Below, in pieces: positions 19,353 to 30,302 of a stretch of 64,000 bases of DNA. Source of the stretch: an uncultured Candidatus Actinomarina sp. (lineage in GTDB: Bacteria > Actinomycetota > Acidimicrobiia > Actinomarinales > Actinomarinaceae); assembly GCA_902521955.1 (NCBI GenBank), contig CABYTP010000001.1, positions 18,097 to 82,096 on the forward strand, read 5' to 3'. Every line of letters starts with the position of its first letter. The first letter of the stretch is position 1. Below the pieces are notes generated by a model, which saw only the letters and a list, made by a program, of their open reading frames with translations, made no database searches and had not been told where the DNA came from. The position numbers were made by a program, and so were the translations under genes.

Positions 19353-19938
19353 TATGTATCAATTTTTTTTTCTGAATTTTATCAGGCGACTTCATATTTG
19401 TTTTCTTTTCTACTCCAGCAGTAATCATTCCAATTATTAGATAGTCTTGTGGAATATTTAGTAATTTATGAAAGCTTTTTCTATTGGTATTATGAAGACC
19501 CATAAAACCACTTGAAAGCTTCTTTTCTTCCAGTAGTAACATGCAGTTCATCATTGCAGCTCCAGCATCAATAAACCAATATGGAACATCCCAGTCATTT
19601 GAATTGACTGCCTTTTCTTTGTCGCCTTTTGAGTATCGTTCATGGTAAGCATTTTCATTTAAAACTATAAAAAATAAAGCTACGGAGTGGGATATCCAAG
19701 GACTTTTACCTTGTTCTGTAAATTTTTTCTCATTGAGTAAATTTGATATATTCTCAATTGTATTTTTATTAAAAACCTGCACAACTTCAATGCCACGAGA
19801 AAATCCTGCCGTTGGAATTTTTATAATATAATTAGATATTTTGTCTAAAGAATTTTTATCAAAGTTAACTTTTTTATAATTTCTTACTATTTTTCTACTT
19901 GATAAAAGACTTTCTAAATAAGTTTCAGTATTACTCAT
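19333..19938 (-). CDS. Nitroreductase-family protein
   Basis: N-terminal LLSSRKIVRNY (an RRSxRxF-like motif) and a central PYWFIDAGAAMMNCMLL. Confidence 0.65.
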   Translation of the reverse strand: MSNTETYLESLLSSRKIVRNYKKVNFDKNSLDKISNYIIKIPTAGFSRGIEVVQVFNKNTIENISNLLNEKKFTEQGKSPWISHSVALFFIVLNENAYHERYSKGDKEKAVNSNDWDVPYWFIDAGAAMMNCMLLLEEKKLSSGFMGLHNTNRKSFHKLLNIPQDYLIIGMITAGVEKKTNMKSPDKIQKKKLIHNEKFSK

Positions 19939-20998
19939 TTTTACTTAGTAAAGAATTTAAAACCACATCACCAACTTCACTTGTGCTCATACCCATTTTT
20001 CCTGCAGAAAGAGATTCTAAGCTTATTGCTGTTTTTATAATTGCATTTTCAATATCTTTAGAATATTGTTCCTCACCTAATTCTTTAATCATCATCGCAG
20101 CAGCACCTATACACGCTAGGGGATTAATCACATTTTTGTCAGTATATTTTGGGGCAGACCCACCAATAGGTTCAAACATTGACACTCCTTCAGGATTGAT
20201 ATTACCTCCAGCTGCTATTCCCATACCACCTTGAATCATTGCACCGAGATCAGTTATTATATCTCCAAACATATTATCTGTAACAATTACATCAAACCAT
20301 TCCGGGTTCTTAACCATCCACATACAAATAGCATCAACATGTCCATAATCTGTCTCTATGTTTGGATAATCTTCAGCTACTTCATAAAATATTCTTTCCC
20401 AAAGGTCATGAGCATATGTTAAAACATTAGTTTTAGCACAGAGTGTGACCTTTTTTCTATTATTATTTTTTGCATATTCAAATGCATATTTTATACATCT
20501 GTGAATTGCAAAATATGTATTGATAGACTCTTGGGTTGCTACTTCATTTTTTGTACCGTAGTGAATATATCCGCCTGCGCCAGCATAAAGACCTTCTGTA
20601 TTTTCACGAACTACAATAAAATTAATATCCTCAGGAGTTTTATTTGCTAAAGGTGTTTCCACACCTGGATATAAAACAACAGGTCTTAAGTTTATATACT
20701 GATCAAACTCTTTTCTTAACTTTAATAAGATACCTTGCTCAAGTATTCCAGGTTTTACATCAGGATGTCCTATTGCACCAAGTAAAACTGCATCTGCATT
20801 TTTAAACTGTTGTATATCATTTTCTGTAACAAGTGTTTCAGTTTTAATATATCGGTCTCCACCTAAGTCATTTTCTGAAAAGTTAAACTCTACTCCATAT
20901 TTTTTTTGAGATCCCTCTAAGACTTTGACCGCTTCCCTCACAACCTCTGGGCCTGTACCATCACCAGCTAATAGTGCTATATTTAATTTTTTACTCAT
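19931..20998 (-). CDS. leuB: 3-isopropylmalate dehydrogenase
   Basis: Isocitrate/isopropylmalate dehydrogenase motifs [20 protein letters not shown]. Adjacent to and overlapping leuA. Confidence 0.85.
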   Translation of the reverse strand: MSKKLNIALLAGDGTGPEVVREAVKVLEGSQKKYGVEFNFSENDLGGDRYIKTETLVTENDIQQFKNADAVLLGAIGHPDVKPGILEQGILLKLRKEFDQYINLRPVVLYPGVETPLANKTPEDINFIVVRENTEGLYAGAGGYIHYGTKNEVATQESINTYFAIHRCIKYAFEYAKNNNRKKVTLCAKTNVLTYAHDLWERIFYEVAEDYPNIETDYGHVDAICMWMVKNPEWFDVIVTDNMFGDIITDLGAMIQGGMGIAAGGNINPEGVSMFEPIGGSAPKYTDKNVINPLACIGAAAMMIKELGEEQYSKDIENAIIKTAISLESLSAGKMGMSTSEVGDVVLNSLLSKNE

Positions 20999-22485
20999 TT
21001 GTTCAACGCATTCAAAAAGGACTCTACTGATCCCTGTACCACATCAGTGGACACAGCTCGACCTTGTTTCATGAGGTGGCCATCATTAATAATTGTTACA
21101 ATTTCAGCTGTAGCGTCGGATCCTTTAGTTATACTTTCAACTCTATAGTCAATAAGTGTTGCCTCAGATTTAAGTATTTTTTTAACAGCGGTAAAAGCAG
21201 CATGAATCATTCCATCTCCTGTAGCTTCTTCAGTCATCTCTTTATCTCCAACCTTAAGCGTCACTTTAGCAGATGCATATTCATCCTTACTATTAACAGA
21301 TACAGATAAAAGTTTTGTATTACTTTGGTTTGTTTCTACTTGACCAACAATTGCTCTTAATTCATTTTCAACTATTTCACCTTTTCTATCAGCTATTTTC
21401 TTAAAAGTATTGAATGCATTGTCAAAGGAATCACTATCAAGTGTTATATTCAAGTTATCTAATGCATCTTTAAACCCAGCTCTTCCAGAATGTTTGCCAA
21501 GTATGATTTTTGCTTCTTGCCCCACAGAGTCAGGAGACATAATTTCGTAAGTTGAAGTATTTCTAAGATATCCATGCTGATGTATGCCCGATTCATGACT
21601 AAATGCATTTTTACCAACTACTGCCTTATTGAACTGGACTGGATATCCAGTCAATTTAGATACAAGACGTGATGTTTCGAATATTTCAGTTGTCTCAGCT
21701 TTGATATCAACACCAAATTGATCTTGCCTTGTTTTCACTGCCATAATTATTTCCTCTGTTGAGGTATTACCAGCTCTTTCTCCAATTCCATTAATTGCAC
21801 CCTCTATTTGTCGCGCACCTGCGGTTATAGCTGTAAGTGAATTAGCTACCGCCAATCCTAAATCATTATGGCAATGAGTGGAAATAACTACATCTTCATT
21901 TCCACCTTTTACTTGTTCATATACCTGGGTTAAAAGTTCTAAGTAGTCTTGAGGAGTAGCATATCCAACTGTATCCGGAACATTAATAGTTGTTGCACCT
22001 TCTTCAACTGCAGTTTTAAGGACTTCAATCAAAAAATCCTTGTCTGTCCTAGTGGCGTCTTGAGCTGAGAATTCCACATCTTCACAAAGTTTTTTGGCAT
22101 ATTTAACAGATTCTTTAGTGTCCTTTAGAATCTCATCCTTACTTTTTCTAAGCATATGCTCCATATGTATTTCAGAAGTAGATGTAAATACATGAATTCT
22201 TGAATCTTTTGCAACTTTAATTGCTTCCCAAGCTTGCTCAATATCATCCGGATGACATCTTGCAAGGGAAGCTATTGTTGAATTTTTAATATTTTGTGCA
22301 ATTAGATTTACCCCTTCCCAATCTCCAGGAGATGATGCAGCAAAACCAGCTTCAATAACATCAACTTTTAATTTTTCCAACTGTTGAGCAATTAATAGTT
22401 TCTCTGATGGCGTTAAAGCTATACCTGGACTTTGCTCTCCATCTCTAAGAGTCGTATCGAAAATTACTAACTTATCATTACTCAT
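20995..22485 (-). CDS. leuA: 2-isopropylmalate synthase (LeuA/CimA family)
   Basis: N-terminal [20 protein letters not shown]-like barrel. 496 aa including the C-terminal regulatory domain. It is flanked by ilvC and leuB. Confidence 0.8.
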   Translation of the reverse strand: MSNDKLVIFDTTLRDGEQSPGIALTPSEKLLIAQQLEKLKVDVIEAGFAASSPGDWEGVNLIAQNIKNSTIASLARCHPDDIEQAWEAIKVAKDSRIHVFTSTSEIHMEHMLRKSKDEILKDTKESVKYAKKLCEDVEFSAQDATRTDKDFLIEVLKTAVEEGATTINVPDTVGYATPQDYLELLTQVYEQVKGGNEDVVISTHCHNDLGLAVANSLTAITAGARQIEGAINGIGERAGNTSTEEIIMAVKTRQDQFGVDIKAETTEIFETSRLVSKLTGYPVQFNKAVVGKNAFSHESGIHQHGYLRNTSTYEIMSPDSVGQEAKIILGKHSGRAGFKDALDNLNITLDSDSFDNAFNTFKKIADRKGEIVENELRAIVGQVETNQSNTKLLSVSVNSKDEYASAKVTLKVGDKEMTEEATGDGMIHAAFTAVKKILKSEATLIDYRVESITKGSDATAEIVTIINDGHLMKQGRAVSTDVVQGSVESFLNALNK

Positions 22486-23498
22486 TTATCTTTAGCTACA
22501 TCCTTTGCATCAAGAAAGGGCATCATATCTCTTAAGCTTTTTCCTATCTCTTCTATTTGATGCTTAGAAGCTTCTTCTCTTTTCTCTTTAAGAAAAGGAG
22601 ATCCTTCTCTTGCTTGTGACATCCATTCTTTTGCAAATGCCCCAGATTGAATTTCATCTAAAACTTTTTTCATTTCTTTTTTTGTATCACTATTGATAAT
22701 CCGAGAACCTCTTGAAAAATCACCGTATTCGGCTGTATCAGAAATAGAATGTCTCATCCATTCAAATCCTCCCTCGTACATTAGGTCAACTATAAGTTTT
22801 ACTTCATGCAATGTTTCAAAATATGCACTTTCAGGTTGATATCCAGCTTCAACCAAAGTTTCAAATCCATTCTTTATTAGCTCTGTTAAGCCTCCGCATA
22901 AAACAACCTGTTCACCAAATAAATCTGTTTCAGTCTCTTCTTTAAAAGTAGTATTTAAAATTCCAGCTCTTCCACCTCCAATAGCAGAAGCATATGAAAG
23001 TGCAATTTCTTGAGTGTTGCCAGAAGTATCTTTATCAACAGCAACTAGACATGGCATACCACTGCCTTCAGAATAAGTTCTCCTTAATAAGTGACCAGGT
23101 CCTTTTGGAGCAACCATTGCAACAGATAGATCTTCCCTTGGTTCAATCTCATTAAAGTGAATGTTGAATCCATGTGCAAACAATAAGGTAGAACCTTCTT
23201 TCATATGTTGAGCTACATCAGAGTTGTAGACATCTGCCATAACTTGATCGGGGAGAAGCAACATTACAACATCAGAATCTTTGGTGGCATTCTCAAGACT
23301 TGCAACACTTAGGCCCATTTCTTCTGCTCTTTCAAAAGAGGATGAATCTTCTCTTAATCCAACTGTTACATTTACTCCTGATTCATGAAGGTTTAATGCA
23401 TGAGCGTGACCTTGACTTCCAAATCCAATAACTGCAACTTTTAAATTTTTTATTAAGTCTTGATTAATTGATGAGTCATAAATTATTTTTGTTTCCAT
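22482..23498 (-). CDS. ilvC: Ketol-acid reductoisomerase
   Basis: N-terminal Rossmann [13 protein letters not shown] followed by the C-terminal knotted domain. Confidence 0.9.
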   Translation of the reverse strand: METKIIYDSSINQDLIKNLKVAVIGFGSQGHAHALNLHESGVNVTVGLREDSSSFERAEEMGLSVASLENATKDSDVVMLLLPDQVMADVYNSDVAQHMKEGSTLLFAHGFNIHFNEIEPREDLSVAMVAPKGPGHLLRRTYSEGSGMPCLVAVDKDTSGNTQEIALSYASAIGGGRAGILNTTFKEETETDLFGEQVVLCGGLTELIKNGFETLVEAGYQPESAYFETLHEVKLIVDLMYEGGFEWMRHSISDTAEYGDFSRGSRIINSDTKKEMKKVLDEIQSGAFAKEWMSQAREGSPFLKEKREEASKHQIEEIGKSLRDMMPFLDAKDVAKDK

Positions 23499-23507
23499 TT
23501 TCTCTCC

Positions 23508-23981
23508 TTATAGATTTGATTGTATTGCTATTCTTCCGCCTCTTACCATTTCTATTATTCCAAATGGTTTCATTAATTTTTCAAATTTATTTAACTCTTT
23601 AGACGATCCTGTCATTTCGAAAATCGCATAATCTTGACCCACGTCAACAGATTTTGCACTAGATAAATTTGCTTTTTCAATCACAGAAGTTTGGGTATCT
23701 TTATTTATTGACACTTTAAGTAAGAGTACTTCAGTTTCAATTGTCATTTCTGGATCCAGCTCAACTATTTTTATAACATTAACCAATTTATTAAGTTGTT
23801 TTTTAACTTGCTCAACTGCATCTAGTTCAGTAACTATTGTCATTTTAGATCTACCTTCAATATGGGTTGGACCTACAGATAATGAGTTAATATTGAAACC
23901 TCTTCTTGAGATTGTTGAAGATACCCTTGCAAGCACGCCAGGCTTGTCTTCTACTAAAACAGATAATATCCTTTCACTCAT
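23508..23981 (-). CDS. ilvN: Acetolactate synthase small (regulatory) subunit
   Basis: ACT-domain start ILSVLVEDKPGVLARVSS. 157 aa. Overlaps ilvB. Confidence 0.9.
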   Translation of the reverse strand: MSERILSVLVEDKPGVLARVSSTISRRGFNINSLSVGPTHIEGRSKMTIVTELDAVEQVKKQLNKLVNVIKIVELDPEMTIETEVLLLKVSINKDTQTSVIEKANLSSAKSVDVGQDYAIFEMTGSSKELNKFEKLMKPFGIIEMVRGGRIAIQSNL

Positions 23982-25690
23982 AGTTGTTTCAAATCTTCTT
24001 TATTCATAATAATCTGATCATTACTTCCTCCAGCAGGAACCATAGGGAAGACCATATCATCTGGATCAACTACACAATCAATTAACACAGGTTTGTCATT
24101 TATATTTAACATTTCAGTAAATATTTTTTTAACGTCATCTTTTTTTGTCATTCTTAAACCAACAGCACCCATAGATTCTGCAAGTTTTACATAGTCAGGA
24201 GTATGATGTGTTAGTTCAGATGCAGAAAATTTACTGTTATAAAATATTTTTTGCCACTGACGCACCATTCCATGATTCCCATTATTGAAAACTACAACCT
24301 TAATAGGAATATTTTCAGTCGAAGCTGTTATGAGCTCTTGGCATGTCATTTGAAAACATCCATCACCATCTAAAGCTAAAACTAATTTATCTGGAAATGC
24401 TGTTTGAGCTCCGATTGCCGCTGGTAATGAATATCCCATTGTTCCAAGGCCTCCAGAATTTAACCAAGTATTAGGTTCAGTAAAATTCCAATGTTGAGAA
24501 ATCCACATTTGATGTTGTCCTACACCAGATACAACCACAGCCTCTTCTTCTGTAAGATTTTGAAGCTGCTCTAGAACATATGGTACTTTTAATGGCCCGT
24601 CATCTTTCTGGTCATAATTGAGTGGAAAATTTTTTTTCATTTCTCTTAAATCATTAATCCAACTTGCAGTATCTAGCTCAGAGCCCTTTAATGCTTCCGT
24701 CAAGCCAATCAAGACATTTTTGGCATCACCTACAATTGGTACCTGAGCTTCTCGAACCTTTCCTATTTCCGCTGGGTCGATATCTGCATGAATTACTTTT
24801 GCATTTTGTGCAAAAAAATCGGGATTTGCTGTAACACGGTCATCAAATCTAACACCTATAGCAATTAATAGATCTGAATCCTGAATTGAGGTAGTAGCAG
24901 TATAATTTCCGTGCATTCCTGGCATTTCCAAGCAAAGTTCATGTCCATCAGGAAATGCACCCCTTCCCATTAAAGTCGTTACAACTGGAATATTGTATGT
25001 AGTTGCTAAGTCGTAAAGTTCTTTATGAGAATTAGAGTGAATTATTCCGCCTCCTACATAAAGTATTGGTTTCTTTGATGACTTTATCAAATTAGCAGCT
25101 TGTTGAATCATTTTTGGATTTGGCTCTAAAGTTGGTTTATAACCAGGAAGATCTAAATCTTTAGGCTCCACCCAGCCTGTTTTCTGATTTAGTATATCTT
25201 TTGGAACATCTACTAAGACAGGCCCAGGTCTTCCAGATGTTGCAATATATTTTGCTTCTTTGAGGACTTGAGGTATTTCAGATGCATCAGTAATTAAATA
25301 ATTATGCTTAGTAGCTGCCATTGACAATCCTACAGTATATGCTTCCTGAAAGGCATCATTACCAATAGCAGTAGAAGCCACTTGGCCAGTGATTGCCAAT
25401 AAAGGAGTAGAGTCCATAAGTGCATTTGCTAGGGGAGTAATAAGATTTGTAGCGCCAGGACCAGAAGTAGCAATTACAACACCAAGTTCTCCTGTGGCTT
25501 GAGCATAACCTTCAGCCATATGGCCAGCTCCTTGTTCGTGTCTAGCCAATATATGTCTTATTGGACTGTCATATAAAGGATCATAAGCTGGAAGAATAGC
25601 GCCACCAGGAACTCCAAAAACCGTAGAAACATTTAAATGTTCTAAACTTCTTACAATTAGTTCCGCACCAGTAATCAATTCTTTTGTCAT
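23978..25690 (-). CDS. ilvB: Acetolactate synthase large (catalytic) subunit
   Basis: ThDP-enzyme motifs GVPGGAILP and the GDG...NN ThDP-binding block. I place the start at 25690 (MTKELITGAELIV); the ORF track extends 60 nt further into the attenuator. Confidence 0.9.
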   Translation of the reverse strand: MTKELITGAELIVRSLEHLNVSTVFGVPGGAILPAYDPLYDSPIRHILARHEQGAGHMAEGYAQATGELGVVIATSGPGATNLITPLANALMDSTPLLAITGQVASTAIGNDAFQEAYTVGLSMAATKHNYLITDASEIPQVLKEAKYIATSGRPGPVLVDVPKDILNQKTGWVEPKDLDLPGYKPTLEPNPKMIQQAANLIKSSKKPILYVGGGIIHSNSHKELYDLATTYNIPVVTTLMGRGAFPDGHELCLEMPGMHGNYTATTSIQDSDLLIAIGVRFDDRVTANPDFFAQNAKVIHADIDPAEIGKVREAQVPIVGDAKNVLIGLTEALKGSELDTASWINDLREMKKNFPLNYDQKDDGPLKVPYVLEQLQNLTEEEAVVVSGVGQHQMWISQHWNFTEPNTWLNSGGLGTMGYSLPAAIGAQTAFPDKLVLALDGDGCFQMTCQELITASTENIPIKVVVFNNGNHGMVRQWQKIFYNSKFSASELTHHTPDYVKLAESMGAVGLRMTKKDDVKKIFTEMLNINDKPVLIDCVVDPDDMVFPMVPAGGSNDQIIMNKEDLKQL

Positions 25691-25713
25691 AATATAAAGT
25701 TTCTTCCTCTTAT

Positions 25714-25766
25714 TAAAAAAAAACCCCCCGTTTTGGGAGGCGCTCATCACAGCAAAATGAGCGCTA
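25714..25766 (-). promoter_or_regulatory. Transcription attenuator: hairpin GCGCTCAT-N9-ATGAGCGC followed by an intrinsic terminator CCTCCC-AAAAC-GGGGGG-T9
   Basis: Seen directly on the minus strand between the leader-peptide stop and the ilvB start codon. A 9-T run follows the G/C stem. Confidence 0.6.
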
Positions 25767-25814
25767 AATAAGTAATAGCACCAATACTGAAATGAATACA
25801 GCTAAATTTTTCAT
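25764..25814 (-). CDS. ilv leader peptide MKNLAVFISVLVLLLI (16 aa; 11 of 16 residues are Val/Leu/Ile)
   Basis: Read directly from the minus strand: ATG AAA AAT TTA GCT GTA TTC ATT TCA GTA TTG GTG CTA TTA CTT ATT TAG. It lies immediately 5' of a hairpin and terminator, upstream of ilvB. Confidence 0.6.
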   Translation of the reverse strand: MKNLAVFISVLVLLLI

Positions 25815-25843
25815 TAAAATAACTATAGTAAAAGCTTAGAAAA

Positions 25844-26938
25844 ATGAAACATATAAATCTTAATAATTTACTTACTGAAAATTTATTAATTTTGCCTAAA
25901 GAGGTTAGATTAGGGGTTGTTTCATTGCCATCAGGATTAAGTTTCTCTGAGAAAATAGAAAAAATTAAAAAACAAAAGAAGCATGCCAATATGAAATTTA
26001 CCTTTTCAAATCCTAGTTATTCCGGAAAAGCCGATAAATTTGAATGGGCAAATTCAGCAATCATCTTTACTTATGACTATAAGCAGAACAAACAAAACTC
26101 TAATTTAGCTTCTAGTGGTTTTGGTAAAATAGCTGCATTTGCCGAACAAGATTATTATGAACCTTTGAAGAAAATTACTAGTGAATTTGAAAATCTTTTT
26201 TCCAGACTGAATTATAAATTCCATACATTTATTGATAATCCAAATCATTATGATAGAACTTTTTTTGAAATTTCAGGTTTAGGTTGGCAAGGTAAAAGCA
26301 CAATGATGTTAAGCCCAGGAATTGGACCATGGCAACTACTTGGAACTATGTACTCTGACCAGCATTTTGAGCCAACAGAGTCTAAAAATTATTCATGTGG
26401 CGAATGCAATCTTTGTCAAATATCTTGTCCAACCGGAGCATTGGATGAAGATTATATTTTAGATTCAAATAAATGCCTGTCTTATTGGCTTCAATCACCA
26501 GAAACTATTCCATATGACATTAGAACCGCATTAGGAAATAGATTTTACGGTTGTGACGAGTGTCTAATATCATGTCCTCCCGGACAGAACAATAATTTAA
26601 CAATTAATAAAATTAATTCTCACGATGTTGATCTTGAAAGAATTATTATTTCAAGCAATGAAGACCTTTTAGAAAAATATAACTGGTTTTACATTCCTAA
26701 AAGAAACGCAAATTATCTAAAGAGGAACGCAATTATTGCTTTAAGTAATAATCCAAATCACGAAACATATAAATTTTATCTTGAAATTTATAAAATCTTA
26801 CCTGATGACTTGAAGAACTATATTTTATGGGGATTTTGGAAACTAGGAAAAATTAATGAAATTAACTCCTTAATGGATAAAGAAAACAGTGATGACTTAA
26901 AACTTGAATATCAAAAATTAAAAAGTATGACTTCCTAG
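25844..26938 (+). CDS. queG: tRNA epoxyqueuosine(34) reductase QueG
   Basis: Two 4Fe-4S ferredoxin motifs (CGECNLCQISCP and CDECLISCPP), a GLGWQGKSTMML block, and C-terminal HEAT-like repeats. The N-terminal length fits a start at 25844. Confidence 0.8.
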   Translation: MKHINLNNLLTENLLILPKEVRLGVVSLPSGLSFSEKIEKIKKQKKHANMKFTFSNPSYSGKADKFEWANSAIIFTYDYKQNKQNSNLASSGFGKIAAFAEQDYYEPLKKITSEFENLFSRLNYKFHTFIDNPNHYDRTFFEISGLGWQGKSTMMLSPGIGPWQLLGTMYSDQHFEPTESKNYSCGECNLCQISCPTGALDEDYILDSNKCLSYWLQSPETIPYDIRTALGNRFYGCDECLISCPPGQNNNLTINKINSHDVDLERIIISSNEDLLEKYNWFYIPKRNANYLKRNAIIALSNNPNHETYKFYLEIYKILPDDLKNYILWGFWKLGKINEINSLMDKENSDDLKLEYQKLKSMTS

Positions 26939-26961
26939 ATTAAATAATCTATCCTTATTCT

Positions 26962-28623
26962 ATGAAAAAAATTTCTGATGACGTCACACAAGGTATTAAT
27001 AAATCTGCAGCAAGAGCAATGTTAAGAGCTGTAGGTTTGAAAGATGATGACTTTAACAAATTTCAAGTAGGTGTAGTTTCTGCTGGAAATGAAGTTACCC
27101 CTTGTAATTTAACTGGTCCAGAGTTATCAGAATTTGCAAAAAAAGGTGTAAATGGTCCTGACTCAGCTGCATTAATCTTTTCAACTATAGCTGTATCAGA
27201 TGGTATTTCTATGGGCCATGAAGGTATGAGAGCTTCGTTAGTTTCTAGAGAGGTCATAGCTGATTCAGTGGAACTAGTTATGCACGCAGAACGTTTTGAT
27301 GGAATGGTAACTATTGCAGGATGTGATAAATCTTTACCTGGTATGCTAATGGCCGCTGGAAGAATTAATAGACCAGCTATATTTTTATATGGTGGAAGTA
27401 GTTTACCGGGGGAGTATCAAGGTAAAGACATCTCAATTGTTGATGTCTTTGAAGGTATTGGCGCTTATGAAAAAGGAATTATTACTAAAGAAGATTTATA
27501 CAACATAGAGTGTGCGGCGTGTCCTGGAGTGGGCTCTTGTGCAGGTATGTTTACAGCAAACACAATGGCTTCAGTTGGAGAAGCAATTGGTATGAGTTTA
27601 CCCGGTACTGCAGCAATTCCTGCTGAAGATTCAAAATTAAGGGAAGCTGCAGTAAAGTCAGGTGAACAATTAAATTATCTTTTAAAAAATGACATAAAGC
27701 CAAGTGACATAATGACAGAGGAAGCATTTAGTAATGCTATCGTGACAGTTTTAGCATTGGGTGGAAGTACAAATGCAGTCTTACATCTTTTAGCAATAGC
27801 TTATGAAACTGGAGTAGGTTTAACGATTGACAAATTTGATGAGCTCAGTAGAAAGGTTCCCCATCTTGCTGACATGAAGCCATTTGGAAAATACCATATG
27901 GTAAATTTAAATGAAATTGGAGGAGTTCCGGTTGTATCAAAGATTTTATTGGAAAATGAATTAATAGATCCTAATTGTTTAACTGTGACAGGAAAAACAG
28001 TAGGAGAAAATTTAGAAAATATTCAAATACCTAAAAACCAAAATGTTATTAGTTTTCCTGACAATCCAATTTCAAGTGAAGGTGGTATTGCAGTATTAAA
28101 AGGAAGTCTGTCTCCAAAAGGTTCTGTTGTAAAAACTGCAGGAATTGAAATAAACAATTTTTCCGGACCAGCAAATGTCTTTAATAGTGAGCAAGAAGCT
28201 TTGGAAGCTTTGTTTAATAATAAAATATCAAAAGGAGAAGTTGTTGTAATTCGCAATGAAGGACCTAAAGGTGGACCTGGTATGAGAGAGATGCTACAAA
28301 TTACAGCAGCAATAAAAGGGGCCGGTTTAGGCAAAGATGTGCTTTTGATTACTGATGGAAGATTTTCTGGAGGAACTACAGGACTATGTATTGGACACGT
28401 TGCTCCGGAAGGGTTTGATAATGGTCCAATATCAGTTTGTCAAAATGGAGATACTATAACACTAGATATTGAAAAAAGAACACTAAATCTTGAAGTTGAA
28501 AAAGATGAAATTGAAAAAAGATTAGAAAATCTTCAACTTCCTTCTCCAAGATACAAATCAGGGGTTCTTCATAAATACTCCAAGCTTGTAAGTGGATCTG
28601 ACACTGGTGCGGTTACAAATTAA
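26962..28623 (+). CDS. ilvD: Dihydroxy-acid dehydratase
   Basis: ILVD/EDD motifs [11 protein letters not shown] and the [15 protein letters not shown] block. Confidence 0.9.
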   Translation: MKKISDDVTQGINKSAARAMLRAVGLKDDDFNKFQVGVVSAGNEVTPCNLTGPELSEFAKKGVNGPDSAALIFSTIAVSDGISMGHEGMRASLVSREVIADSVELVMHAERFDGMVTIAGCDKSLPGMLMAAGRINRPAIFLYGGSSLPGEYQGKDISIVDVFEGIGAYEKGIITKEDLYNIECAACPGVGSCAGMFTANTMASVGEAIGMSLPGTAAIPAEDSKLREAAVKSGEQLNYLLKNDIKPSDIMTEEAFSNAIVTVLALGGSTNAVLHLLAIAYETGVGLTIDKFDELSRKVPHLADMKPFGKYHMVNLNEIGGVPVVSKILLENELIDPNCLTVTGKTVGENLENIQIPKNQNVISFPDNPISSEGGIAVLKGSLSPKGSVVKTAGIEINNFSGPANVFNSEQEALEALFNNKISKGEVVVIRNEGPKGGPGMREMLQITAAIKGAGLGKDVLLITDGRFSGGTTGLCIGHVAPEGFDNGPISVCQNGDTITLDIEKRTLNLEVEKDEIEKRLENLQLPSPRYKSGVLHKYSKLVSGSDTGAVTN

Positions 28624-28626
28624 TAA

Positions 28627-29394
28627 ATGATATTTATTTCTGACGTCCACTATCAGCTAGATTATTTGAGTACTCTACCAAAAGATAAAGGGCCCATAGT
28701 TATATTGGGGGACCTAATAAATTGGATTGATTATAGAAATGGAGAGGGGATAGCTAAAGAAGTTTTTGGTTCAGACAATGTACGCAAACTTATAGATTTA
28801 AGAAAGCAGCATAAGTTTGAGGAGAGAAAAAATCTATGGAAAAATTTATACTCCATTGATCCAGAAATTATTATGAAAAAAATGAAAGAGGCCATTGAAA
28901 ACCAATATCACGAAGTTTTTAAAATTTTAAAATCTTATGAAGTTTGGTTTATTCCTGGGAATGTTGATGATGTTGATATTATGAATAGCTACACAGCCTC
29001 CTCTATTAACAATGTTGATGGACTTTTAATAGAACAAGAAGGTATTAAATTTGGTTTTGCTGGTGGTGGTGTACCAACTCCTATAAATGCAAGGGGTGAA
29101 ATTAGTGAAAGTGAATTTTCAAATAAATTAAGCAACCTTAATCAAGCTGAAATTATTTGCACTCATGCTCCACCATATGTAAATGAATTAATGACTGATG
29201 TTATTACTAATAAGATTGAGCAAGGATGGAAAAGCTTACTAGATTTTATAGAAATTAATCATCCTAAATATTCCCTTTTCGGTGATGTACATCAACCTAA
29301 AGCTTCAACTTGGAAAGTAAATAATACGACATGTATTAATATTGGTTACTTTAGAGCCACTAACCAATATTTAGAATTATCATCAATAATATAA
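28627..29394 (+). CDS. Calcineurin-like metallophosphoesterase
   Basis: Motifs SDVHY, ILGDLINW, FIPGNVDD and ICTHAPP, the D-x-H...GD...GN-D pattern. Confidence 0.65.
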   Translation: MIFISDVHYQLDYLSTLPKDKGPIVILGDLINWIDYRNGEGIAKEVFGSDNVRKLIDLRKQHKFEERKNLWKNLYSIDPEIIMKKMKEAIENQYHEVFKILKSYEVWFIPGNVDDVDIMNSYTASSINNVDGLLIEQEGIKFGFAGGGVPTPINARGEISESEFSNKLSNLNQAEIICTHAPPYVNELMTDVITNKIEQGWKSLLDFIEINHPKYSLFGDVHQPKASTWKVNNTTCINIGYFRATNQYLELSSII

Positions 29395-30302
29395 TGAATT
29401 GCTTATCTTTTGATGTTGGAGGTACAACAATAAAATACGGGGTTGTAAATGATAGGTATGAAGTTCTTATAAAAGATAAAATACCGACTCCAAAAGACGA
29501 AAAAAAGTTTATAAAGTCAATCTCTGAAATTATTCAAAAAAATATTGAAAATATTTCAAAAGTTTCAATAGCAATGCCAGGATATGTAAATATAGCAAAT
29601 AACAAATATTTGTACGGTCCTCATTTGCAATATGATATTGATTTTTCAAAGTTATCAAATTTTTCAGAATACGAATTTTATTTAGACAATGACGGTAATG
29701 TCGCAGCTTATTGTGAATATTTATTAAATTATAAAACCAAATATTCAAATTTAATAATGTTAACTTTTGGTACTGGAGTGGGTGGAGGAATAATTTCTGA
29801 AGGTAAATTATTAAGAGGAAGGGGAAATGCAGGGGAGATTGGACATATGCTTACCTCAAATGATAGATCAGTTAAAGGCGATAGTGGAAAAAAAGGTAGC
29901 TTTGAGTCATCAGTTGCTGCATCAGTATGGACAAAAAGATGTTCTGAGTTAACTGAGAAAAATAAAGATTCAGAACTTGCAAAAAAATTTGCTAACAAAA
30001 ATGTTGGTTCAATTTTGTTTGACACCACACTTAGCTTGACAGACCTGGAAGCTACTGTAAGAGATGAAATTATTCAAGACATCTCAAATGGACTTTTAAG
30101 TTTATTTGAAATTTTCGATAATGAAGCTTTTGTTCTTGGTGGAACTATGTCCTCTGAACCTTTTGATTTAATTACCCTTATACAAGACGATATTAAGAAT
30201 AGATACCAATTTCCATCTAGAAATTTTCCTCAAATCTTTATTGCTTCTCAAGGAGAGGACTCTGGAATAGTCGGTGCAGCAGCAATATCATTTAATGAAT
30301 AA
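29394..30302 (+). CDS. ROK-family sugar kinase (glucokinase-like)
   Basis: N-terminal LSFDVGGTTIKYGVV and a glycine-rich LTFGTGVGGGII. TAATG overlap with the upstream gene. Confidence 0.7.
   Translation: MNCLSFDVGGTTIKYGVVNDRYEVLIKDKIPTPKDEKKFIKSISEIIQKNIENISKVSIAMPGYVNIANNKYLYGPHLQYDIDFSKLSNFSEYEFYLDNDGNVAAYCEYLLNYKTKYSNLIMLTFGTGVGGGIISEGKLLRGRGNAGEIGHMLTSNDRSVKGDSGKKGSFESSVAASVWTKRCSELTEKNKDSELAKKFANKNVGSILFDTTLSLTDLEATVRDEIIQDISNGLLSLFEIFDNEAFVLGGTMSSEPFDLITLIQDDIKNRYQFPSRNFPQIFIASQGEDSGIVGAAAISFNE

Noticed and set aside
25747-25989. 80-aa minus-strand ORF overlapping the ilv leader region and the queG start
   Set aside because: The frame runs through the attenuator hairpins and the queG 5' end. 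The short BCAA-rich leader ORF in another frame explains the region better.
28023-28334. 103-aa antisense ORF within ilvD, and similar antisense ORFs within ilvD (27063-27257), ftsZ (49088-49363), dnaE (57891-58196, 59112-59420, 59952-60215), ileS (53684-53896, 54597-54788), mraY (42372-42656), murD (43395-43613), leuA (21064-21309) and ftsI (40069-40260)
   Set aside because: All lie inside strongly supported conserved genes, and none has recognisable motifs.
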